DNA from: Verrucomicrobiota bacterium
Lineage (GTDB): Bacteria; Verrucomicrobiota; Verrucomicrobiia; Opitutales; Cerasicoccaceae
Assembly (NCBI GenBank): GCA_039818205.1
Contig: JBCBUK010000002.1
Coordinates: 320,001-384,000 of the forward strand
Reading direction: 5' to 3'
Length of the DNA stretch: 64,000 bases
The first letter of the stretch is position 1; every line of letters starts with the position of its first letter. The translations under genes and the position numbers were made by a program. The notes under the pieces are model-generated. The model worked only from the letters and a program-made list of their open reading frames with translations, did no database searches and was not told where the DNA came from. Shown one piece after another: positions 21,001-28,423 of the stretch.

Positions 21001-21151
21001 TTAAGATCGGCCGGATGTGCTCGTTAAATTCAATAACCTCAGGAACAGAAACTGTCTGAGGTTGGGTCGTTTCCTTACCGCAACCAGCGAGGAACAAGGC
21101 GCCGGCAAGGGCGATGCCGGAAATTGTGAACTTTGGTGTAATTGGGGACAT
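18071..21151 (-). CDS. DUF1549/DUF1553 (PSD1) planctomycete cytochrome c lipoprotein
   Basis: LAGC lipobox, CAACH and CVQCH heme motifs, WLDLARYADS, NPLTARV and FDAPSRE motifs. Confidence 0.9.
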   Translation of the reverse strand: MSPITPKFTISGIALAGALFLAGCGKETTQPQTVSVPEVIEFNEHIRPILTKNCAACHGGVKKSGGLSFVFEEEAIAVGQSGSQSIIPGDPDASYLIEKVTSTDPNFRMPPPDHGPALKEKEIALLKEWIKQGASWEEHWAFSPVAVAEVPPVQSDWITNEIDAFILDRLNQEALSPSPEAQKGALLRRLSIDLTGIPPTEEELQSFIADDSPDAYERQVDRLLASPRYGERWATLWLDLARYADSKGAGQDGPRNIYKFRNWVIRAFNEDMPFDEFTIKQIAGDLLPNPTFDDYLATAFHRNTQNEDEGGTDDEEFRVLAVMDRVNTTWQVWHGTTFSCVQCHSHPYDPFRHEEYYEFSAFFNNTQDADTYEEFPYIEFPKDEAKQLELKDLIGQRYQAIEANWERSHELAESTDWHWLTDMSVTTSKDEQLRYKVIEREGREEFVFEGTPAWNKMTILTDAPALEKPVQALRMDVLPLDLDKAPFQPSAGFFLKRLKIVHISGEDQTETPIAFDRVYRDEPHSFYWGDPKKGESGFSATTRIFHRRYAVFRFKEPFEVEDGDQLKFIIEHGATGGGKIMILRRGSLAITDNETWRSLEDEETWVANKHVDWKTYDQLKKLPNVRIPIMRERPEHLARGNKIFVRGNWTTLGDEVAADTPASLHPMPDTDEPARLRMAKWLADENNPLTARVLVSRFWEQLFGVGIVETLEDFGSIGETPSHPEMLDYLAYQFMHEYEWSMKSLLRDMVMSSAYRQTSVSSPELQELDPKNRLLARGPRSRLTGEMVRDQVMAVAGILNEDMFGEPVKPPLPEGGWTPSHTGAGDWVADKDDRIFRRSIYIHWQRSSVYPMLAAFDAPSRELCTDRRITSNTPVQPLFTLNDPALFMATQAFGQKMKNHSEDLSRNIAYGYQVATAQEIAPAVLEELVELHGSIVELYPDEEPLLQEEYENHIERQLNQEREQLKKERNRLIWQAKNKKQDPPEDLPDPDSVSRDPNDQFSYSAELAAYDAVASVLLNLDEVLTK

Positions 21152-21164
21152 CTCAGTAAGACCA

Positions 21165-21215
21165 GACTTAATTAGTTTTATAATTAAACTAAAAAGTCGA
21201 TACTAAGTATTAGTT
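21165..21215. promoter_or_regulatory. AT-rich operator-like inverted repeat upstream of the DUF1553 operon
   Basis: TTAGTTT-TATAATT-AAACTAA (21172-21192) flanked by GACTT/AAGTC; second small palindrome ACTAA-GTA-TTAGT at 21202-21214. Confidence 0.5.
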
Positions 21216-21356
21216 TCTTCTTGGGATTTGCGCATTATACCTAATGAACCCCGCGATTTCCACTATCAAAAGATAGCGGCCTAGCGCCCGTGGGTCAACC
21301 CGGACCGAAGCATACTCAAAAACCTTGAGGAGATTACCGATAGTTGGAGTATGAGG

Positions 21357-22145
21357 CTATTGGGATTCCTCAAAACGCACAATTCGCGAGCGCAATGCGA
21401 ATCCGCCTTCCAAAGTGGGGGTTGCGTTAATATCGAGCGTGTAGCTCGGACCACCATCGCCTTGGGCGATTGAGACTGATGCATCCGAGCCGGGGAGGCT
21501 TAGTATGCTCGGTGCCGAAAGCAGATTCGCGCCATCGTGACCCTCAGCCGCTGACCAAGCCGCCGTAGCTTCATCAATGGTCCAGGCCTCAGCATGCTGC
21601 AGCGTATTCCGGGCGTTAGTCGCGATGGAACGCATGTTATTTTCTTCGATGAAGTCTTGGTTTAGTACGAGGACATGCGCATCCATCGCAATAGCCTCTT
21701 GTCCGTCCGGGAGGGTCACTTTCCGGGGAGAAATGAAGGTGAATTCGTAGGCATCGTCGCCAATCGGGTAGCCGCCGGTAACGAGAACCTCGTTTTCACT
21801 GATCTCGGCGTGGACGGTCGAACTCAGCATGTCCTGGTTCAGTGGGGCTGCAAGGGCTTCGATCTCTCGCCGGGCTTCAGCTAGTTGTTCTTTAAGGCCC
21901 TCGTCATCAGTAGCTTCTGGTTTATCTGCTTCCCTGGTGTCATCTGGAGAAAGTTCCGCTTTGGGAACCTCTACAGGGTCAGAATTGGCACTTGCGCCAG
22001 CGTTGCTCCAGCTCCGTTCTCCAGATTTTCCCTGGTCAACTATGGTGGGTTCAATCGTCTCGTGGGATCCCGGCTGAAGCAGGATCATGATCGAGCCAAT
22101 GGCGAGAATGATCAATGCGCCAATGACTAAAACCTGTTTTTGCAT
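21357..22145 (-). CDS. Membrane-anchored hypothetical protein with a secretin-like C-terminal motif
   Basis: N-terminal TM, short coiled coil, LLSAPSILSLPGSDASVSI; start moved to ATG 22145. Confidence 0.6.
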   Translation of the reverse strand: MQKQVLVIGALIILAIGSIMILLQPGSHETIEPTIVDQGKSGERSWSNAGASANSDPVEVPKAELSPDDTREADKPEATDDEGLKEQLAEARREIEALAAPLNQDMLSSTVHAEISENEVLVTGGYPIGDDAYEFTFISPRKVTLPDGQEAIAMDAHVLVLNQDFIEENNMRSIATNARNTLQHAEAWTIDEATAAWSAAEGHDGANLLSAPSILSLPGSDASVSIAQGDGGPSYTLDINATPTLEGGFALRSRIVRFEESQ

Positions 22146-22177
22146 AACGATGGGGCCATTTTCGACCCGCTCAAGGA

Positions 22178-23770
22178 CTAGTAGTCTTTCTCGTATTCGA
22201 CTCCATTGGAGTCGGTAAAAATAAGCAATCCCAGGGCGGGGTCGTGAGCCGTCCAACGGATTTCGAGCTCGGGGTTGATGATCTGGCCGCGCTCGTACGC
22301 TTTCCCGTTATAGATCATCTTCTCCCGGCCGAAGCCGCTTGGGCGCATCGCTTCAACCCACTCAATAACCAGTGGATCCTGCTCCGTGAAGGTTGGAAGC
22401 TTCTCAACCGCGGCCGGGTCGGGTGTCAATACCTCGAGCGGCTTGTCCGTGATCAGCTCATGGGTCGCGGGCGGTACCGAGGTGTTGCTGGACTCTTCGG
22501 TCGATCCCAAAATCTCATCGGTTGATGACTTGGCATTCACTTGAGCAACGGCTTCTTTGGCCTTGTCAATCGACGCCTTCGGAATGTCGGCAATGCTCGT
22601 TTTCTCCGCTTCGGGCTCGACGGTCGATTCCTCGCCACTATCGCCCATGGCTCCGAGGACGCCAATGCCGATTGCGGCGACGCCGCCTACGAGGATTACG
22701 AGGACAACCACGCCGATCAAAATACCTTTTAATGGACTGCCCTTCTTTTGCTTGTCCAGCTCCTCGCTGACCAGATCTGGAGCCGATTGAGCGGGCGGGG
22801 GCATATTGCCACCAGCGCTTGCCGGGGCTCCTCCGCCTGGTAGGGGTGGCGGTGCCCCTGCGGGGCTTGCAGTCGGCGGTGGAGGCATACCCGCCGGTGG
22901 GGGTGGCATTCCGGCCGGTGGTGCGACATTGCCGGTTGGTGGCCCTGACATGCCTGGCGGAGGGCCAGCCATACCGGGTGCACCTGGAGGCGGTGGAGCG
23001 CCAGTCGGCGCGGCCATGGCTCCTGCTGGTGGCGGAGGTAAAGTAGCCCCGGGTGGTGGGGGCGGAATATCAGCTGCGGGCGGTGGCGTAGTTGCCCCTG
23101 GAATTGGAGGCGTAGCACCTGGAGGCGGTGGTGCGCCTGGCGGTGGAGTTGCACCAATGCCTGGCCCCGAAGTTGAAACTGGTGGGGGCGACTCATTGAC
23201 GGTTTGCTGCTCCGTATCCGAAAGCGTCCAATTCATATCCCCCTTGGGCTGGTCAGCAGCACCTGCTGAGGCTGCTTCTTGACCGCCCTTCCGCTTTAGA
23301 CCGAGCCTCATCTTTGGCTTCTCTGGTTCAGCCGATGGTGCTGCACTTGGGGCGGGCGTTGCGGGAGCGCTGGAAATGGGTGGTGGAGGAGCGGATTCGG
23401 CTTGAGCGGGTGGTTGGGCTTCGCCCGCACGCTTCAGGCCAAGACTTTTCTTCGGCACCTCCTCTTCCTGGTGCGCGTTCGCCCGGGCTGCTTCCTCGGC
23501 GAGGCTATCCTCGGATCGCTTGAAGCTCATCCGCGGCTTTTTAGGCTCGGCGGCGGTGGGTTCGGGAGCTGCTGCTTCCACTGGTGGAGTCGCCTCGACC
23601 GGCGGGCTTGCCTCTGCTGCAGGCGGAGCCATCTCGGCAGGTGGAGGTGTTGCCTCCGGGGCTGCGGATTCCTTGGGTTCAGCAGGAGCGGTGGAACCGC
23701 TCCCCTTTTTGCGGAGAACCAGCTTCTTTTTACCGCTGGAACTGCTTTCGGTATTCGATTCCTGACTCAT
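22178..23770 (-). CDS. Proline-rich bitopic membrane protein with a GspB/ExeB-like C-terminal domain
   Basis: Long Pro/Ala-rich N-region, one TM helix, C-terminal ...KMIYNGKAYERGQII...FTDSNGVEYEKDY similar to the neighbouring gene. Confidence 0.7.
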   Translation of the reverse strand: MSQESNTESSSSGKKKLVLRKKGSGSTAPAEPKESAAPEATPPPAEMAPPAAEASPPVEATPPVEAAAPEPTAAEPKKPRMSFKRSEDSLAEEAARANAHQEEEVPKKSLGLKRAGEAQPPAQAESAPPPPISSAPATPAPSAAPSAEPEKPKMRLGLKRKGGQEAASAGAADQPKGDMNWTLSDTEQQTVNESPPPVSTSGPGIGATPPPGAPPPPGATPPIPGATTPPPAADIPPPPPGATLPPPPAGAMAAPTGAPPPPGAPGMAGPPPGMSGPPTGNVAPPAGMPPPPAGMPPPPTASPAGAPPPLPGGGAPASAGGNMPPPAQSAPDLVSEELDKQKKGSPLKGILIGVVVLVILVGGVAAIGIGVLGAMGDSGEESTVEPEAEKTSIADIPKASIDKAKEAVAQVNAKSSTDEILGSTEESSNTSVPPATHELITDKPLEVLTPDPAAVEKLPTFTEQDPLVIEWVEAMRPSGFGREKMIYNGKAYERGQIINPELEIRWTAHDPALGLLIFTDSNGVEYEKDY

Positions 23771-24836
23771 CGACGAATTGAATTTCGTTGGTCTCTATAG
23801 CCGTGATTTTCAGTTGGCTGTTTGCTTCGACAATAGACCCCACCTTGAAGACTTGGTTGTTCATCAAGACACGGCTCTTGCTACCCGCAACCTTAATGCC
23901 TGTTATGCGTGAAGCTTCCAGGAACGCAATGATATTTGGATTGGGCGCTGCATCAGCCGCTGGAGTGACCGGCGACGCATCGTCCGTGTTACCAGAGGAA
24001 ACCGGTTGGCTTGGCATTTGCGGAAGGGACGGAGATGGCTTCGGTGTCGCGCCTGGCTCGGCATTGATTGAGGCAATAGGTGGGGGAATTGTTACCGGCT
24101 TAGGATCTGGAGTTGGTGCGCTTGCAATGGGAGTTGGCTCCGGATCGGGAGTGGTTACCGTTTGGCTTGGAGGCGGAGCCGTCGATGTAGAGGCTGCGGA
24201 AACTGGTGTCGCAGGCTCAGATGCTGGTCCGGTTGACGTAGCGCTTGGTGTTGTGGGCGCCACCGGTTCCAGTGCCTTAGTGGCAACAATTGGTTCAGCT
24301 GCTTCGACCACTGGGGGCGCTTGAACGGTGGAAGTTGAAACAGTCGGTGCTGGCTTTGGTGCTGGGATGGGCGCGGCCTGCGCAACCACTGGCGCTGGCT
24401 GTGGTTCCGGTGTGGGAGGTGTTTGCGCCGCGGGTGGTGTCGGAGTTGGTACGGGTTGGGCCGGCGTTACATTGGTGGCCAGACGCTCGGCGGCCGAGCT
24501 TGGGCGTTCGGTTGTGGAGGGAGGTGGATTGGCCTTCGAAGCATCTAACTGCTCCTGAGTTGGCTTAATGGTTACCGCGACTTCGGTGGGGCGTTCGGGC
24601 GGCACCTCGGCTGGCTTGTTCAAAATAGTGATCAAGAGCCCAACAGCTCCGGCTAAGACGGCCACGACCAGTGCTCCAGCCATAAAGGCCTGCATAAACT
24701 TGAAGCTGGTCTTTTGTGCCGGGTTGCCTCGCTTGGCTTGAGCGCCTGCCATACTGGGCAGTGATTGGCGACCGGGAACGGTTCCTTGTTCTCGCTCGCG
24801 TTGGGCCTTCTTTAGTGCGTCGTTGATGAGGGACAT
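23730..24836 (-). CDS. GspB/ExeB-like protein
   Basis: MSLINDALKKAQRER N-terminus typical of GspB, TM helix, Pro/Thr linker, C-terminal SRVLMNNQVFKVGS domain; directly follows exeA. Confidence 0.75.
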   Translation of the reverse strand: MSLINDALKKAQREREQGTVPGRQSLPSMAGAQAKRGNPAQKTSFKFMQAFMAGALVVAVLAGAVGLLITILNKPAEVPPERPTEVAVTIKPTQEQLDASKANPPPSTTERPSSAAERLATNVTPAQPVPTPTPPAAQTPPTPEPQPAPVVAQAAPIPAPKPAPTVSTSTVQAPPVVEAAEPIVATKALEPVAPTTPSATSTGPASEPATPVSAASTSTAPPPSQTVTTPDPEPTPIASAPTPDPKPVTIPPPIASINAEPGATPKPSPSLPQMPSQPVSSGNTDDASPVTPAADAAPNPNIIAFLEASRITGIKVAGSKSRVLMNNQVFKVGSIVEANSQLKITAIETNEIQFVDESGIEYRKQFQR

Positions 24837-24863
24837 GGGAATCCTAGGGCGTTTGTGTTGCGG

Positions 24864-25679
24864 TTAGGCGAGGCGTTTGAGGTCTTTGATCGCGCACGAG
24901 ACGTCTTTGAAATTAATTTCGTCGGAATCGCGAATATAGGCGGCAAGCATGGCTTTGTCACACAGATTGTTGATCAGTCGAGGGGTGCCCTTGGTGTACC
25001 GATGAATGCGCCACTGTGCCCACCAAGTAAAACGTGGGCGGCCATTGCTGCCCGCAGTCGTCAAGCGGTGTTGGATATAGCTCGCGGTCTCCGTCCGGGA
25101 AAGGTGGGAAAGGTCGTAATAAACCAGGACCCGTTGACGAAATTGGCGAAGTCGTTTTTCGCGCAGGCGGTCGTTTAGTTCCGGTTGGCCCATTAGGATG
25201 ACCTGCAGTAGCTTTTGGTCATCGGTTTCGAGATTTGATAGCAGGCGGAGCTGCTCCATCACCTCGAAGGAAAGGTTCTGCGCCTCATCAATGATCATGA
25301 CGATCTCCTTGCCATCATGAATGCGCTTGAGCAGTGCGCCATTGAGGCGAGCCGTTAGATCGATGTGGCCCGTTTCCGGAACCTCTTCGCCAAGCTCGTG
25401 CAATATATTGAACAACAGTTGTTGCTCGGTAATCCGGGGGTTGAGGATTAGGATGGTTTCAACCTCGGGCTTATCATCGAGCTCCGAAAGTAACATCCGG
25501 CACAGTGTGGTTTTGCCGCAGCCCACTTCACCCGTCAGTACAATGAAGCCTTTCTTTTCGCTGATGCCATAGCGCAAATGGGCGAGCGCATCCTGGTGGG
25601 TCGGACTCAAGTAAAGGAATCTCGGGTCCGGCGTCACATTGAAGGGCATTTCGCAAAGGCCGAAGAATTCTTGATACAT
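24864..25679 (-). CDS. ExeA/GspA-family AAA+ ATPase (short form)
   Basis: MYQEFFGL..PF..TPDP, Walker A GEVGCGKT, IIDEAQNL, LMGQPEL and GTPRLINNLCD motifs. Confidence 0.92.
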   Translation of the reverse strand: MYQEFFGLCEMPFNVTPDPRFLYLSPTHQDALAHLRYGISEKKGFIVLTGEVGCGKTTLCRMLLSELDDKPEVETILILNPRITEQQLLFNILHELGEEVPETGHIDLTARLNGALLKRIHDGKEIVMIIDEAQNLSFEVMEQLRLLSNLETDDQKLLQVILMGQPELNDRLREKRLRQFRQRVLVYYDLSHLSRTETASYIQHRLTTAGSNGRPRFTWWAQWRIHRYTKGTPRLINNLCDKAMLAAYIRDSDEINFKDVSCAIKDLKRLA

Positions 25680-25907
25680 TGCTGGTTACGGTACGATAAA
25701 TCGCTAAGGGTCAATGTCCTAGAGGCGACCGGTGCTAATGTCGAGAAGTCCTTGGCCGGTGGTGCATCGAAGTTTGGTTTTTATAATTCGTTCAAACGTC
25801 AGCACGTTCGCGCAAGCCCAAGTTAAACAACCCAGGATGGCGAGGACTTTTTTCCTTGGCAATTTTTGCTCTGTTCTGCAAAGTCATGAAGTCTCTCCGA
25901 CAGCTGG

Positions 25908-26201
25908 ATGAAAAGCGCAAAAGTATACCAATATTTGTTGCCAGCCTTGGCTATCGCCTTGGCGTGTGTTTGCGCGGTGTTTGCCGTGGTGTTTATGCAG
26001 ACTTGGCGGGAGAACAAAGCTTTCGCGGAGCGCGAAGCAGCAGCCAAAGCCGAGCTTGCCCGTTTGGTTGAGCAGAACGACCTGCAGCAAGCCCACCTGA
26101 CTCAGTTGCTCAATGATCCAGAATTGGTTGAGCGGGTGGCGCGCGATCGACTTGGCTACTCCCGCGAGGGCGAAGTCATTTTCAAATTTCCCGAGAAGTA
26201 G
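25908..26201 (+). CDS. Septum formation initiator (FtsB/DivIC family)
   Basis: TM helix, coiled coil, VERVARDRLGYSREGEVIF motif. Confidence 0.82.
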   Translation: MKSAKVYQYLLPALAIALACVCAVFAVVFMQTWRENKAFAEREAAAKAELARLVEQNDLQQAHLTQLLNDPELVERVARDRLGYSREGEVIFKFPEK

Positions 26202-26446
26202 CCATCGCGGTTCGTCTTTCGAATAAAGATCGGTTGGCGGTTCGCGTAGTTGAGTGCCGTAAGACGGCCAGATTTTTTATTTCAATTTTGGTCGAATTGT
26301 GGCTGGCGAATTTCAGCGCTCCAAAGAAGCGTGCGGCTAGACGATTTTGGTGGGCTGTGGCGGTTCGTTTGCTTCTTGTAAAAACAAGCTCGAGACATTC
26401 GCTGGGTTGATCTCGTTGCTGGAACTAGGTAGTTTCATGCATTGAG

Positions 26447-26857
26447 ATGTTACGGGAATTTAAAGGCGTCCGCCAGGAGCCAGGCGATGGATACCGTCGT
26501 TGGTGGACCGGTGATGGCATGGAATTTATTGCCTGGTTTGATGATGCCGATTCCCTGACTGGTTACCAGCTCTGCTACCGCGGTTGCGCCTTTACGTGGA
26601 AAACGGAGGGCGACTGGTCTCATGTGCGGGTCGACGACGATCTTTTTTCAGCCCGAGTTGATCCCTACGGAACGACTTGGCAGGGCCGGGGCGCATGTTC
26701 GCCAACTCCGGTGTTGCGCCCAAATGGTGCCCCAAGTCGTCCGCCATTTGGGCTTTTGAAGCTGTTTGAGCGAGCTTCGGAAACCGTGAAGGATCCGCTA
26801 AAGAAAACCGTTGAAACGACCTTGGGGCAGGTAGTCCGTCGTCCGGATTCGAATTAA
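26447..26857 (+). CDS. Hypothetical protein
   Basis: ATG-initiated 136-aa ORF filling an intergenic gap; protein-like composition (VRQEPG..RRWW). Confidence 0.6.
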   Translation: MLREFKGVRQEPGDGYRRWWTGDGMEFIAWFDDADSLTGYQLCYRGCAFTWKTEGDWSHVRVDDDLFSARVDPYGTTWQGRGACSPTPVLRPNGAPSRPPFGLLKLFERASETVKDPLKKTVETTLGQVVRRPDSN

Positions 26858-26859
26858 CC

Positions 26860-28413
26860 TTAAAGGTTGTTCATATCGATCTCGATCACCTTGCCGCGAC
26901 CGAGCTCAACCTTAATCATTGGAACCAGTGGGCTGTCCGGATGATCATTCAAAAACTTGGCCAATACTTGGCGGCGGTTGGGAAAGGATTGGTCACGCAA
27001 TACGATGCCGAGGGCAGTTCGCTGCATCGCGAAATCCGGGTCGTCGAGTGAGGCGGATACGACCTTGGTCCATCCATCGATGCGCATGGCGCTCATTGTT
27101 TGAAGGGCAGAGGTCCGAACCTCAATCGCTTCGTCTAGCATTAGGTCAAAGAGCAAGCCAGCACCTTTGTCTCGGCCTTGCTGGGCCGCGAGCTGGACTA
27201 GCGCAGCACGGACATCCGGGTAGGGGTTGTCGAGCAGGTCCAATTCCAAATCCGCGGAAACCGCTCGCGGATCATCCAACAAATAGTCCACGACCATAAA
27301 CCGAATCTCGCGGTTGGAATCGACCAACAGCCGGTCGAGGATTTCTTTGTCCTGAGTCGACAAGTTGAGGTTCAGGTAGAGGCGAACCGCCTCCTGCCGC
27401 AACACGCTGCTCGAGAGCTCCGTCAATTGTGGAGCCACAGGAATAGCCAGTTCGCGATAGCCGCGCAAGGTTTGAAGGAATCGCAGGCCCTGGTCCTGGC
27501 TCAGGCGTCCAGCGAGGATACTGTCTGTCAGCCAATTCAACTGCATCAGTTCGCCCGTCCACTTGAAAAGCGCCAGACGTGCTTCGGCAGCGATCTCTGG
27601 GTTTTCGTCCGTCGTCAGGTCGTAAAGTAGTTCAAACGAATCGGGCTGACCTCTTCGGCCGAGTGAGGAGGTCAATTTAATGCGAGCTTGGTTGTCGTCA
27701 CCTTCGATGATTGCCATCGCCGCCTCCTTCCATTGGGCGTAGGGTGCGTACAGAATTGCGAGTGGAATGGCTTCGATGCGCACACCACGATCCTCATCAC
27801 TCATGAGGGCGACAAACGCCTCAGGCGGAATCTGGATGCCCAGGTTGTGGTGGTTGATGAGGATGTTGCGGCGAACCACCGGATCTTCATCCTGGTAGGC
27901 GGCGAGTAGTGCCCGCTGGGTTACCAGGTCTAGTTGGCGATTGGCAAAGTCCGGGCGAACCATCCGCGCGGTGCGCCAGATGTTCATCATTTGAGGAATC
28001 ATCGCAGTTACAGCGCGGCGAACCTCCACGTCTTCGTCTGCAATGCGCTGGAGTACGGGTTCGACGGCGTTGGCGGTGAGGCCATGGCGCCATTCGGCGA
28101 TGCTGACCAGAGCGGCGCGCCGCACGCGGGCGCTCGGATCATCCAGTGCCTCGAGGACGGCGCTCTTGGCGTCTCGCGCATGATATTTTCCAAGCAGCAT
28201 GACAGCGCCTGCCCGCAGTTCCGGGTTCTCTGCTTGGAGATCTTCAAGCGCGCGGTCGATCGTAGCCCGTTCTTCCTCGCTAAGTTTTGGTTGAGGAAGC
28301 AGATCGGGAGACAAAAATGAGCGAGGCAGCTGGCTCCGCTGGGCTTGGCTTACCGGGGAAAGAGCGAGCACGGCGAGAGCGATAGCCGCGAAATATGAAA
28401 ATCGATTGCTCAT
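26860..28413 (-). CDS. Secreted HEAT-repeat protein
   Basis: Signal peptide, many D-x-x-x-x-VR-x-x-A HEAT repeats; start moved to ATG 28413. Confidence 0.82.
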   Translation of the reverse strand: MSNRFSYFAAIALAVLALSPVSQAQRSQLPRSFLSPDLLPQPKLSEEERATIDRALEDLQAENPELRAGAVMLLGKYHARDAKSAVLEALDDPSARVRRAALVSIAEWRHGLTANAVEPVLQRIADEDVEVRRAVTAMIPQMMNIWRTARMVRPDFANRQLDLVTQRALLAAYQDEDPVVRRNILINHHNLGIQIPPEAFVALMSDEDRGVRIEAIPLAILYAPYAQWKEAAMAIIEGDDNQARIKLTSSLGRRGQPDSFELLYDLTTDENPEIAAEARLALFKWTGELMQLNWLTDSILAGRLSQDQGLRFLQTLRGYRELAIPVAPQLTELSSSVLRQEAVRLYLNLNLSTQDKEILDRLLVDSNREIRFMVVDYLLDDPRAVSADLELDLLDNPYPDVRAALVQLAAQQGRDKGAGLLFDLMLDEAIEVRTSALQTMSAMRIDGWTKVVSASLDDPDFAMQRTALGIVLRDQSFPNRRQVLAKFLNDHPDSPLVPMIKVELGRGKVIEIDMNNL

Positions 28414-28423
28414 GGTGTGTTGA

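Noticed and set aside
22729..24568. Several Gly/Ala-rich + strand ORFs and apparent DNA repeats
   Set aside because: Antisense shadows of Pro-rich coding sequence; no regular repeat-spacer structure, so not CRISPR
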